DNA from: Octopus sinensis
Taxonomy: Eukaryota
DNA length: 64,000 nt
Reading direction: 5' to 3'
Assembly: GCF_006345805.1 (NCBI RefSeq)
Contig: NC_043005.1
Span: 104,780,001-104,844,000 of the forward strand
Positions 11,761 to 23,804 of this stretch are shown in pieces. The number at the start of each line of letters is the position of its first letter. Position 1 is the stretch's first letter. The notes beneath the pieces were generated by a model. It was not told where the DNA came from. It ran no database searches and saw only the letters and a program-made list of their open reading frames with translations. The position numbers were made by a program, and so were the translations under genes.

Positions 11761-12700
11761 TCAATTAGGGTCAATTTTTTTCCCTTAAAAATGGTTATAA
11801 CTGAACGATTTAATCTTTTAAAAACAACCATTATATCATTATATTCTGTTATGAGCTTTATGCACATCTTTTCCTGTTGTATTTACTAACAATTGAGAAA
11901 GGTTTTTTTTTTTTTTACCTCTATTTACAGTATGCTATAAATTTAATCGCTGAATAGTTCTTGAGTATAAATCGACTTCGTTTATTTAAATGTTCTGTTA
12001 CAACTAAATGATATTTTTCATAAAACTTTATAATGAATTGTTGCTTCGATGCACGCATCTCTGTTATGTTCCTATTGTTCATGAACAGAAACTACAAGTC
12101 AATAAATTTTAAAGAATATGATTCTACGCTTAAAATTTGAATTTGTGTGTGTGTGTGTGTTTGTGTGTGTTAACGAAGAGAAGAATGGAGATTTTAATCA
12201 CATCCGAAAACTTTATTTAAAAGTTTTCTACAGTATATACATCAGACCTACAAATATTTTTACTGCAGCGACTGCACATTGCTTCGTATACAATTATGCA
12301 CTCTAGTCGTTACAATTTCATCTAGGGTCCATCACTCACGATGTTTCAAAGTGAACTTATTCAAACAAGTGTCCCGCGTTCGTATTCAGTTGAAGGTAAC
12401 CCTGTAACTGTTTCTATTCAATGGAATACTGGTCTTATAATAATCTCTGCTGCTATTTCCGTTAGAGTAAAGTTATTTCCGTTAGAGTAAAGTTATTAAA
12501 TACTCTTCGGAATATTCGCAGTTCTGAATAGGAACACGGCATTACCTAACGATTGAAGTTTACCAGCACCAGTATTTCTTTCTAAGCTTCAGTGCTATGT
12601 CATGAACCGTTCGGGATAGCCGGCATCAAAACCAATTAGAGATATATTGCGGTATCCGCTCAGGAAAATTTATCCCGTTTATACTCCCTGTCTGTCTGTC

Positions 12701-12746
<46 letters not shown>

Positions 12747-12754
12747 TCTCTCTC

Positions 12755-12799
<45 letters not shown>

Positions 12800-13299
12800 T
12801 CCTTTATTGCCCACAGAGGGGACAAACAAGGACAGACAAGGGGATTAAGTCGATTATATCGCCCCCAGTGATTTACTGGTACTTATTTAATCAAGCCCGG
12901 CGTCCTAACGTTTCTACCAGCTCATGTATATATATTATTAGCGCGCGAAAATATCAGTATGTGTGTATACATATATATACATACACATACACGCACGTTT
13001 GTTAGTTGTTTCTTCCTATTTATTGCAAAAGATAGAACCATCTTGCCATTTTATTTTTCATTAATGATGTTGAAGCTTAATGGAATGAAGTATGTCGTAT
13101 AAAGTTTATACAATTATTTAATTTGAATTGTTTTTCGCGTTTCAACAATAAATATTTGATGAATTAAGAAATCCATTCAGTATTGTATTAAACGGTCTAT
13201 TTTATTAACTTGACAATTATCAATTGTCCACATAGCTGATTCTTGAAAGAAAAAGCCCTTAAGGCTCTAAATATTTTAACAACATACAAACATCCATGT

Positions 13300-14290
13300 A
13301 ACAAGAGAAGCAGCCATTAAAAAGGATGAGTCAAACGAAGAAAGGAATAGCAATGACTACTTTTTTCTGACCATCTGAATAGGTGAATGGAGGATTTCGA
13401 TAATATTCTATTTCTCCACCGGAGGGGAAGTTGTGCGCCCTTAAAGCCATGTTTACTAGTAATATCTGCTTCGGAAAAATGTGTCGTAGGCAGAAGATAA
13501 AAACGAATGTGCGGCCTCAATATTTAACGATAGTGAAATGTGGGAAATGTTTGAAGGTCATTAATTTTTCCATTACTACGTCTTTTCAAGCGAAATGTTA
13601 GCTACATCGCTGTCTGACTGTAATCGAAGATACTATCGGATTTTTGTCTACACCGCTGTTCACAATACTCTGCTTCCTGGCATTGTTGCAGCTTTCGAAT
13701 AGTGCTATCCTGCTGGTTAAGTGGGCAGTTCAGTCGGCTATACAGACATTTTATAATGACAATGAAGTAAAATTATTTTTTCCTTCACCTTCTCCAATTA
13801 AAAAGGAAATTTCAGTTAACAGAGAATTTTTTGTTTGTCATGCTGTTCATTACTTCTTCCCTAATCTATATAGATTTGTGCAAACAAACAATATGATTTT
13901 AAGCATCAACTGGGTCAAAAATAAAGCTTGCTTAACTTTGAACTCGGAATTCTCTAAATATATTTATAGCTACAGAAAGAATAGCAAATTCTGGCACACG
14001 AAATTCTCGAAATAAACGCAAATATATTCCTTTTGATGTCTTGGTTGACTTTTAGCCCTGGATCATTTATGATCGGGAAGATCTATAGTTAAATGCATTG
14101 CAGCTGTGACTATACTATTTTAGCTTCAGAGCTTATATTTCTAGGATTTTTTTCCTCAAATCATTCCTTTATTAAATCGACAGAGTATAATTTGAGGTAG
14201 ATTTAACAGCAACTTCGACCAGCTCGAGTGACTATGCGGAGGCGCTATCTTTGGATTGCAATTGTATTCCTGTATTTCATTTGGCGCTGA
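13300..14290 (-). mobile_element. Highly decayed LINE-like ORF2 3' region (tentative)
   Basis: The minus strand gives fragments such as GIYLRLFREFRVPEFAI and CPLNQQDSTIRKLQQCQEAEYCEQRCRQKSDSIFDY, loosely like a C-terminal Cys/His knuckle region; many stops. Confidence 0.25.
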
Positions 14291-16039
14291 TCGTAGGTCC
14301 TCTGGGTCAGTATTCTTGAAATACACATAGTCTCTCTCTTTCTCTCTCACACGTATGCTTACACATAACGTATTAAATATATATATCATACGAGGGTATG
14401 CTTGTATGTATGTTTTAGATTTAGGGAGGAGGCACACATATATCCTACTTAAACACGAAAAATAACACACTGAAGCAACTTTAAATGGATGACGCAATAA
14501 ACTTTCTAAAGTTCATCGGAAGAAAATAAATATTTTCCTCACCAATTGATAAATTCTTCTAGAATAAAATGTCTGCCAAAAGTAAATATGATTTCAATCG
14601 GTGAATAAATATGGCGCCTAATTCAGATGCAGTTCTAGTACAGCAGGAGACTGTTAGAAGAGAAAGTTATGAATATTAATTGCTTTATTCGTTTCATAAG
14701 TCTTTTTAATAAGATATCTATTTGATATAGAAATATATCTATATATTACATAGAAAAACATTGCATTATAAAAACAACCAGACAAAAAACGAAACAAAAC
14801 AACTCTTTTATTTTTCTGTTTTCGTTTTTCATCATTGGTGCCGTTATTATTATTTATCGAATTGTCATTATAGTTGGTGTTATTTGAAATATATTAACAT
14901 CGTTATTATTAGTGTATGTTTTGAGTTCAGATCCTGCCGACGTAGCCTTTTCCTTTCAGTCAAATAAATAAATAATGTAAGTGCTTAAATATATAAATCT
15001 CCTCAAATGTACATGTTACTTTGTGCCATTAGTAAGAAACCTGTCAAGTGATTCAGGGGAGATTTACTCCACTGATCGTCATATTGAACCAGGCCCCTTG
15101 ATGAAGGTCTTGCGTGGAAAATAAATTTAAAAAATTATTTTTAACCTTCTTCAAAGTCGGAGCAAAAACGCAAAATAATGATTAAAAAAATTACACGGAT
15201 GCATGGCGTTCTCTCTTGTCATTAAACAGGTCAAAAATTGTATTAGTCATCTTGGGAATCACTTTCATCTATTATGCACATGTCTTCAAATGTACGGCCT
15301 TGTGCGCACGTGCAACCCCTCAATATATACATGTATTTGTGTGTACGTGTGCGAGTGGGTGTGTTTGTTTGTTTGTGAGTGTGTGTGTGTGTGCGCGCGC
15401 GCATGTGTTTGTGTGTGTGTTTGCAGGTGCAGCATGGTCGAATGCTTAACAAGTTCGCTTCAGGTCGCTTCATAGCAAAGAAAACTGCATTGAATCCTAT
15501 AGAGTGGATTGTACATGTAATCCAAAAGGCACAGTCTTGTCTTTCACTGAGTCACATCACCTATAATCCGCGCAATGACGTATCTCTGTCATTGGGGGAC
15601 CTGGTTACATATTTGTACTCTTCATCAGCTTTGTATTGTTGCGAGATCTCGTTTCTGGTTTACGGTGTCATTTTAGTGTTTAAACCGCTGCATAGAATAG
15701 GTTGCTTAACGTGGAGTTGTGTTATTTTTCGAGGTTAAGTTTGACTTTCATATATGCTGTGTGCAGTGCGTTATATTATTAGATAAACAATTGTATAGAA
15801 TGTGAATCATGAGATTTTCTTTGGTGAGCAATTGGTCGTCTAGTTTGTGTGGTGATTATGTAGAGTAATGTCTGTGTAATACATCGTCTTTTGGTAACTC
15901 CAAGAGTAAGTTCTGTATAAGTTATGTAATTTTATTAGGTGGTTATTCTATAGGCTGCCTCTTGTATGCAGAAAGTGTTCCGTTTGAATTGTACGCTTCA
16001 ATTGTACGCTTCAATAACTTTTTCCATAGGATTCTGCAT

Positions 16040-16480
16040 CTAATGTTCTATTTATTATTGCCACTGTTTACATTTTTATGGCCCACTTCACACATACTTC
16101 AGTTTCAAGATCTTTGTTCTTGGTCGGTTTGTTCACTATTTATTCTGGAAAGATTTGTTATGAAGTGATCGAGAAAATCAAGATATTTTCATTCCTATTG
16201 TTTATAATATCTGAACAGTTTATCCGATCTTCTTAATCAGTCTGGGTGAGCATATAACATATTGTTGTGGCCATACCATTGTGATGTATCGTGTTTGATA
16301 AATTCATATACCTGTTTCTATCCGTTTTTACGTCGAAGTTCCACGATATTGCCCAGTGATCAAACTCCCAGAATCAATTATGTCAATGAATATACTATGA
16401 TTTGGCAAAGACTGAGCAGCTGGAGCTGATCGGGTGAAATGTCTCGTTGTATTGGTTGCATAGTCTGCCTTTGAAGATAA
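16040..16480 (-). mobile_element. Decayed R4/Dong-type (restriction-like endonuclease) LINE, C-terminal fragment
   Basis: GRLCNQYNETFHPISSSCSVFAKS*YIH*HN (16469-16380) resembles the CRLC..ET..HI.S.C..LA..Y..RHN knuckle. KPTKNKDLETEVCVKW (16130-16083) resembles the K..KY.DL.IE...W endonuclease motif. Confidence 0.6.
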
Positions 16481-16636
16481 CACTTTTGTAACAATCGGTA
16501 TTGGGGTACGCAAGCTTAAACTAGATTGCCCTTTCCTGCTTTTTAGTCAAGCGCTATTGCAACAGTGATAGCTTTTACTCTTGCCTAATGCTACTTCTTT
16601 TACAGTCATATTTAACAATGTAAGTTGATGAATGGT

Positions 16637-16940
16637 GGAGGCGCAATGGCCCAGTGTTTAGGGCAGCGGACTCGCGGTCGGAGGATCGCAGTTTCGATTC
16701 CCAGACCTGGCGCTGTGTGTATTTATTGAGCGAAAACACCTAAAAGCTCCACGACGGTCCGGCAGGGGGTGGTGGCGCCCCCTGTTGTATTCTTTCGCCA
16801 CAACCTTCTCTCACTCTCTCTTCCTGTTTTTTTAGTAACGCTGCGATGGACTGGCGTCCCGTCCATCTGGGGGGAACACATACGCCACAGAAACAGGGAA
16901 ACCGGGCCCTCGAGCCTGGCTAGGCTTGAAAAGGGCGACG
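16637..16940 (+). mobile_element. tRNA-headed SINE family C, tail type 1
   Basis: GGAGGCGCAATGGCCCAGTGTTTAGGGCAGCGGACTCGCGG...GTTTCGATTCCCAG (A and B boxes); tail GCTGCGATGGACTGGCGTCCCGTCCA...GAAACCGGG. Confidence 0.85.
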
Positions 16941-17341
16941 AAAGTTGATGTATATGATCATTAGAGAAAGCATGATATGAAAGAAATATATTAAACAGTA
17001 TCTTCCTAGACCAAAGCATGACATACTGGAGCAGACAAAAGGAAAATAACTTGCATCTGTTTTGCAAAAATAGAAGTTTGCGCTTTAAACAAAATCTCAA
17101 CCCATATCAAAAAGCAAACCCGGAAACGCTACACGATGTGGGCTTATGTACTTGCAAATTGCAGTGAACGGCCGTGTAAAATTTTCACTATCTCATAATA
17201 GCAGATTCTGACTTTGGCATCCAATTGTTTGTTAACCTAGGACGATTACGTCATTATGAATCACGTATAGACGATTCGATGCCACCTGGTGCATATGCAT
17301 ATTTCTATATGTGTCTGTATGAGAGAGAGAGAGAGAGAGAG

Positions 17342-17379
<38 letters not shown>

Positions 17380-17595
17380 TGTGTGTGTGAGTGTATTGAT
17401 TTTATTCATTTATGTAACTATCGACTCCAATTATTTGTGTATGCGTGCGTCTGTCTGCGAATGTCCGCATCCATATGTCAGTGCATGTAACAGCCATAAA
17501 TGCAGACGATAGTCATAGCACACACACACACACATACACACACACCACTGCATACATACAAACACACACACACGCACACATGCGCACACACACGC

Positions 17596-17626
<31 letters not shown>

Positions 17627-17698
17627 TCTCTTTATATATGCATACATACGCACATCTGGAAAAAGATAACTTCATAGCTTTATATATATATGTGTATA

Positions 17699-17730
<32 letters not shown>

Positions 17731-17889
17731 TTATAGAAATTAATATTACGACACATTGTGTGCATGGGGTGGAGCATTGAATACAGCAGAGTGTGTGAGT
17801 CTATGAGTGTTACTGTGTGAGTGAATATGTATGTACATGATCGTGTATAAGAGTGTATGTGTGTGTTAGTATTTGCAACAACAACGACG

Positions 17890-17940
<51 letters not shown>

Positions 17941-18218
17941 GCTACTACTACTACTACTACTACTGCTACTACTACTACTACTACTACAAAAATGATGTTA
18001 TTGCTCTTAGATAAAGTATATTATACAAATTTCTACATTCCAGTGGTTTCGAGAAGGCGGGAGGCACGGCGATGCAATCAAGTAAGGATATCAAGAGAAT
18101 AAATAAAGATAAAAATAAAATATGCACACGTGCGCGTGCACACAGAGACATTAACATAGCACGCAGAAACATGTATGAATGTATGTATATGTATGTATAT
18201 GTATGTAGGTAATATATG

Positions 18219-18268
<50 letters not shown>

Positions 18269-18270
<2 letters not shown>

Positions 18271-18545
18271 AGGCGCAATGCCAGTAGTTAGGGCAAGCGG
18301 ACTCGCGGTCGTAGGATCGCGGTTTTTCGATTCCCAGACCAGCGTTGTGATTGTTTATTGAGCAAAAACACCTAAAGCTCCACGAGTATCTCAGCTGTAC
18401 TCTTTCGCCACAACTTTCTCTCACTCTTTCTTCTGTTGGCCTGCTCGCTTTAGCCGCGGGGTGGCATCATTGAAGGCTAAAACAATGCGAAGCGCTTGTA
18501 CCAGCGATGTGTAGCAACATCTGATAGCCTGGTCGATCACGGTGA
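18269..18545 (+). mobile_element. tRNA-headed SINE family C, tail type 2
   Basis: Same head and body as 16637 up to the CT-rich tract, then an unrelated tail TGGCCTGCTCGC...CTGGTCGATCACGGTGAT. Confidence 0.85.
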
Positions 18546-18682
18546 TATATATATAATATATTATATATAATATATATTAAGTTAATCCAAACAAGAAAAC
18601 ACAGAAAAAAGAAAAAAACACAGCAACGCAGGACGTGGAACAATTAAAGTATTATGTACGCTCAGGAAAGAAGGGAAGGAGG

Positions 18683-18717
18683 GTTTAACGTTTCGAGCGG
18701 AGTTCTTCGTCGGAAAC
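18683..18717 (-). ncRNA. Minimal hammerhead motif H4 (CCGACGA core) in a short element between (TA)n arrays
   Basis: Minus strand GTTT CCGACGA A GAAC tcc GCTC GAA ACGT T AAAC: 4-bp stem I, stem II with one mismatch, palindromic ACGT stem III. Confidence 0.55.
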
Positions 18718-18897
18718 AAGGATAAGGAAAGATCCCAAGGAGGGAAGCCAGAGAGACAATATTTGAGCTGGTGGTGCTTAAGAGATCACATGTTGAATAA
18801 TGTATATATATATATATATATATATACTATATATATATATATATATTATATATATAATATATATATATATGATATATATATTTATATATTTATATAA

Positions 18898-19052
18898 TAC
18901 GACAGGCTTCTTTCAGTTCCCGTCTGCCAAATCTACTCACAAGGCTTTGGTCGGCCCGATCTATAGTAGAAGACACTTGCCCGAAATGCCACGCAGTGGG
19001 ACTGAACCTGGAATCGTGTGGTTGATAAGCAAGCTACTTACCACACAGCTAC
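18898..19052 (-). mobile_element. SINE family A, 5' part
   Basis: Reverse complement of the family A head (GCCACGCAGTGGGACTGAACC...GCTACTTACCACACAGC). Confidence 0.85.
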
Positions 19053-19367
19053 TGTAGAAGGGTGAGTGTTGGAGAGGTTTCGAGAGTTCTAGTTTGTCCG
19101 AAAATAAAATAAACTGGTTCATTAGATTTCTTACCCTTTGCAAATTCTGCTATACTCATATGTGTGTGTGTGAGTGTGTGTATGAGTGTGTGTATGTGTG
19201 TGTATGTGTGTGTGTGTGTGTGTGAGTGTATGAGCGTGTGTATGTATTTTCGAAATACACTTATATATATATATATAGGGAAAGTTTACGAAAAAAACAA
19301 AAGACGAAGACAGGTGGTGTACAAAACAAACAGATGTATTAGTATAACGCTCGGGAATAGAAAACTT

Positions 19368-19403
19368 CTTTTACGTTTCGAGCCTACGCTCTTCTAAAGA
19401 AAG
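19368..19403 (-). ncRNA. Degenerate minimal hammerhead motif H5
   Basis: Minus strand CTTT CTTTAGA A GAGC gtag GCTC GAA ACGT A AAAG: all three stems perfect, two core substitutions. Downstream sequence is related to that of H4. Confidence 0.5.
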
Positions 19404-19571
19404 GTACACAGAAAAACAAGGAGAGAAACAAGGAGAGAAAAAAATGTGTGTAATGGATAACGATCTATCATGGCGACTAGTGCCGGACAGAGGGGTCAGA
19501 CAGGAGAAGGAAAGTAGGGGAGGTAAAAAGTAAGTACATATATGTGTGTGTGTATATATATATATATATCA

Positions 19572-19853
19572 TAAATTAATAAATAAATAAAACATATGCA
19601 TATATACATACATATATGTACGTACCTACCTGAAGAAGGGGAGTTTTCCTTGTTTTGTATGTCCTGTACTCTATTTTTTCGTTGTTTAAAAAAATGTCCA
19701 TTTCCTTGGTTTTGTGTTTATATTTTCGTTTCTCATTGTGTTCGACGTTTTCTGGTGTCCTGTACCCATATATGCATGTATATATACATGTAGAGGTAGG
19801 TACGTACATATATGTATATATATATGCATATGTTTTATTTATTTATTAATTTA
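19572..19853 (+). repeat. Inverted repeat (~58-bp arms) that is the extended stem I of a broken hammerhead H6
   Basis: 19572-19630 versus 19795-19853. Inside are CTGAAGA AGGGG (19630-19641) ... CCC and the palindrome ACATGT followed by A (19786-19792); the GAA is replaced by TA-rich sequence. Confidence 0.6.
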
Positions 19854-19972
19854 AAATATGACGGAACGCACGCATCCATTTCTAAGATTGTTCTTAATAT
19901 ATATATATATACACCCAAACCCAATCCCATACAAATGTATATATGTATGTGTGTAGGTATAGATAGACAGAC

Positions 19973-20071
<99 letters not shown>

Positions 20072-20238
20072 CAGATGGATAGTTATATAGCTTTGAAAAC
20101 TTTTTACATATGTTGAATGAAAAACACGTATCCCTCGGAGCATTGAAAAAGTAGAAATCAGATAATTTTAACAATAATAAACACTCTCTTATTGGCACAC
20201 ACCCACATAAACACACACACATACACGCATACAAATAC

Positions 20239-20285
<47 letters not shown>

Positions 20286-20921
20286 AAGTCTCTTCACGCA
20301 CAATGTACGTATATCCTGAATCCCCGTTGATATTTCGTAATCGAGTATTTGGGAAGAAATTACACATTAGTTTAATATCATCATTATATTCGAAACTCAC
20401 TGAATAATAACGACATGAAGAGACATACTCCAAACAGTTTTGACGATCTATATATCATTACAGATTTTTACATAATTGTTTTTTCAATGCTATTGTGCAG
20501 TGCAGAAACAGTGTGCGCTGAGAATATACAATAAAGCCAAGGGCAGCTGCTCAGTAAGTTAAATTTGAATGCTTTCATTGTTAGAGCTTTATTGCCTTCT
20601 CTTAATTGTTAATTTTCTCGGTGTTATTCTTAGCTTCAAGAATTTATAAGAATAAATATTAACAAACAGAAGTAAAGAAAACAATACAAACAAGAGCAAC
20701 AGTTACATGAAGAACGTCTCCAATGGCAACGACGACAATGGTGGAAATACTACATAATTGGGGTAGACTACTTTTCAACATTGTATACCTTGCTTCTTAT
20801 TTAATTTCAATACTAATTAGGTGCACTTTTGTATGAATATTATATTCGTATATATGATACATATGTTTATCAGCATAACACATTCGCGCGCGCGCAAACA
20901 CCTACACATATATATGTATAT

Positions 20922-20975
<54 letters not shown>

Positions 20976-21008
20976 ATATATATATATATATATTTATTAT
21001 ATAGAAGG

Positions 21009-21059
21009 AGCTTCTACAGGACTAGAACTGTTTCATTCAAGAGAAATCATCAGGAAGCT
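21009..21059 (-). ncRNA. Type I hammerhead H7a
   Basis: Exact reverse complement of 21134-21184. Confidence 0.75.
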
Positions 21060-21133
21060 AGTTAACAAGAATTTTTTGGCATTTATACATTAGGCAGGTT
21101 TAAAGGGGTGGTGCCAAACAATTCTTGTTAACT

Positions 21134-21184
21134 AGCTTCCTGATGATTTCTCTTGAATGAAACAGTTCTAGTCCTGTAGAAGCT
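21134..21184 (+). ncRNA. Type I hammerhead H7b
   Basis: AGCTTC CTGATGA T TTC tctt GAA T GAA ACAG ttctagtc CTGT A GAAGCT: 6-bp stem I, canonical core, 3-bp stem II with a U-U at 10.1/11.1, 4-bp stem III; predicted GUA cleavage after 21178. Confidence 0.75.
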
Positions 21185-21267
21185 CCTTCTATATAATAAA
21201 TTAATTTTACTCTGCTATGTATTGAGTACCTTATTTACTGTGGTTAACCCCGAATCAACCCGGGACC

Positions 21268-21309
<42 letters not shown>

Positions 21310-21438
21310 ATTTACAAGATAAGGGTAAAAGAAAAATTCTAATGCCAAATATGCCGAAAAAAAAACAAAAATTGTTAATAACCATTATAATTTATGCGTC
21401 TCGAAACAAACCGATAGAAATTTCTAAACAATCCGTTA

Positions 21439-21499
21439 TTACCGTATTGGTCCCAATTTCGGGGTTAATTCATAAGAATTTTCCCCTCTTCAGCGATAA
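21439..21499 (-). ncRNA. Type I hammerhead H8, fully canonical
   Basis: Minus strand TTATCG CTGAAGA GGGG aa AATTC ttat GAATT aa CCCC GAA ATTGG ga CCAAT A CGGTAA: 6-bp stem I, G-C closed stem II, 5-bp stem III with a 2-nt loop; predicted AUA cleavage between 21445 and 21444. Confidence 0.85.
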
Positions 21500-21962
21500 A
21501 TACGTGAGATATAAGTGATATATATATACTTAATCATATCAAATGGGAAATGGAAATTAATAGAAATTTCCATTTCAAGTGGCCTAACGTGTAAAAATTT
21601 AGTCCAGAGACTATGTATTAGTTATAAAATACAGTGTACATCTAAACAAATAAGGTATCCGTAGATTTCGAAAAAAATTAGGATGTATAAACAAGAGGTA
21701 CATAGTTGATCGCCTCGTGTTTTTATATTTAATCTAAAGTGTACCTGTTGAGAAATATTTCCCCTAGCGGGTAAATGTTATTTGCTTGCTAAACTAAAAT
21801 CAGAAACCAATTGGTCCAGGAAACTAGATGGTAAAATGTTTTTATTTTTTCATTTCGTTCCTGTTGAATTTTATCCCTAATTTTGTGGTTATAGAACCTA
21901 GCTGTTCTTTCTAGCGTGTTGAATCCCACGATTGGATTCCTTATGTGTTTCAATGTACACTG

Positions 21963-22044
<82 letters not shown>

Positions 22045-22074
22045 CAAAATAAGCAGCAAGGACATCCAAAGATA

Positions 22075-22162
22075 ATGCAGTATGACCGTTTCAAGCAGCT
22101 CGATTTAATTGAATAATGCAATCATTACATCAATTTAAATGCAGAGCAATCCTCAGCTGCAT
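22075..22162 (-). ncRNA. Hammerhead-like motif H9a
   Basis: ATGCAG CTGAGGA ... GAA ACGGTCAT A CTGCAT: 6-bp stem I, canonical core; stem III has a mismatch and the base of stem II is unclear. Confidence 0.5.
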
Positions 22163-23099
22163 AAAGACATAGAATTTAATTAAACTAAAACAGATGGACA
22201 CATTAGTATAATTTTACCTAAAATCTCCAAGAAGGTAAGGAGATAGGCAAAGAACATGCTGCCTTCACTTCAGCTTAGAAGCTACTAAGGTATCAGGAAG
22301 AAAGACTTGTTACAGATTTTGCCTGTCACTGTTTTATGGGGTCAGTTTTAATTTATAGACTCGCTTGTATAAAACAATACTGGTATACTCACTGCTTTAT
22401 ATAAGCTGCTTAGATTATAAGTTAAATTAATATATAGTTGGCATGTTCTTTTACCTCAGTACTCCTTTATTAAATACCTGTATATACCAATTCATCAATA
22501 TTCACAGAAACCATGTGATACGTTAGTATTTAAGTATATAATGTGCATAAATATTAAACTATTTCTAGATAATTTCTTTTCCCCCATCTATTGTGGTATA
22601 AGGTATATACTCAAATGTATTTTTAAAAAAAACTTTTTATCCTTTTGTTACAATATTCTTTTTAATAATCTTCTGAATAACCCTAAACTTTAACTCTATA
22701 CAATTTGGCAATCTACGTGTTAAGATTTCCCGTGTTTCATTATCAATAGTCTGCTAGTGGCCGGCCCCTTTAATTGTCAGCTGACATCTTGATTTAAGTT
22801 TTCCTTTACCAAATCTCATGATATTACTTCATAGTTTTTTATGACTATACTCTCTATGATTTCTGTCGACACCCTCAGCCCCATTCCTAACAGACGATGT
22901 TCCTTGTTCTCTCGGCCATAGATTTGATAAAACTAGTCTATAAATTAAAACTGACCCCCATAAAACAGTTACAAGCAAAATCTGTAACGAGTCTTTTTCC
23001 TGATACCTTAGTAGCTTCTAAGCTGAACTTCTTGGAGATTTTAGGTAAAATTATACTAATGTGTCCATCTGTTTTACTTTAATTAAATTCTATGTCTTT

Positions 23100-23187
23100 A
23101 TGCAGCTGAGGATTGCTCTGCATTTAAATTGATGTAATGATTGCATTGTTCAATTAAATCGAGTTGCTTGAAACGATCGTGCTGCAT
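23100..23187 (+). ncRNA. Hammerhead-like motif H9b
   Basis: ATGCAG CTGAGGA (23106-23112) ... GAA ACGATCGT G CTGCAT: perfect palindromic stem III, but the cleavage position is G (predicted inactive). Confidence 0.5.
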
Positions 23188-23273
23188 TACCTCTAGGTAT
23201 CCTTGTTGCTTATTTTAATTTTAATCACCTTATTTTGAATTGTATGGATAATACCGTACTAAATTCTGGTCTA

Positions 23274-23311
<38 letters not shown>

Positions 23312-23350
23312 TTTCCTTATCTATCTATCTATCATTACTATCTATCTATA

Positions 23351-23405
<55 letters not shown>

Positions 23406-23410
23406 ATATA

Positions 23411-23804
23411 CTCTTTTACTTGTTTCAGTCATTCGACTGCGGCCATGCTGGAGTACCGCCTTTAGTTGAACAAATCGACCCCGGGACTTATTCTTTGTAA
23501 GCCCAGTACTTATTCTATCGGTCTCTTTTGCCGAACCGCTAAGTGACGGGGACGTAAACACACCGGCATCGGTTGTCAAGCAATGCTAGAGGGACAAACA
23601 CTGACACACAAACATATACATATACATACATATATATACATATATACGACAGGCTTCTTTCAGTTTCCGTCTACCAAATCCACTTATAAGGCATTGGTCG
23701 GCCCGGGGCTATAGCAGAAGACACTTGCCCAAGATGCCACGCAGTGGGACTGAACCCAGAACCATGTGGCTGGTTAGCAAGCTACTTACCACACAGCCAC
23801 TCCT
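23411..23804 (-). mobile_element. SINE family A, full length
   Basis: Reverse complement of 10619-11043. Confidence 0.9.

Larger units (their letters stand above)
20992..21201. repeat. Inverted repeat, 90-bp arms (89/90 identical), 30-nt spacer, one complete hammerhead per arm
   Basis: 20992-21081 versus 21112-21201; the left flank is (TA)n. Confidence 0.95.
22039..23223. repeat. Diverged inverted repeat (~320/290-bp arms, 573-bp spacer) with a hammerhead-like motif in each arm
   Basis: 22039-22361 versus 22935-23223, roughly 85-90% identical by eye, with an extra ~30 bp in the left arm near 22235-22268. Confidence 0.92.

Noticed and set aside
13644-14015. 123-aa plus-strand ORF as a host gene
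   Set aside because: No motif, starts at a non-ATG codon, and more likely the antisense of a decayed LINE.
15590-15635. Minus-strand CTGATGA followed by a small hairpin and ACCAGGTC
   Set aside because: GAAA is missing and stem I does not pair; at best a deleted relic.
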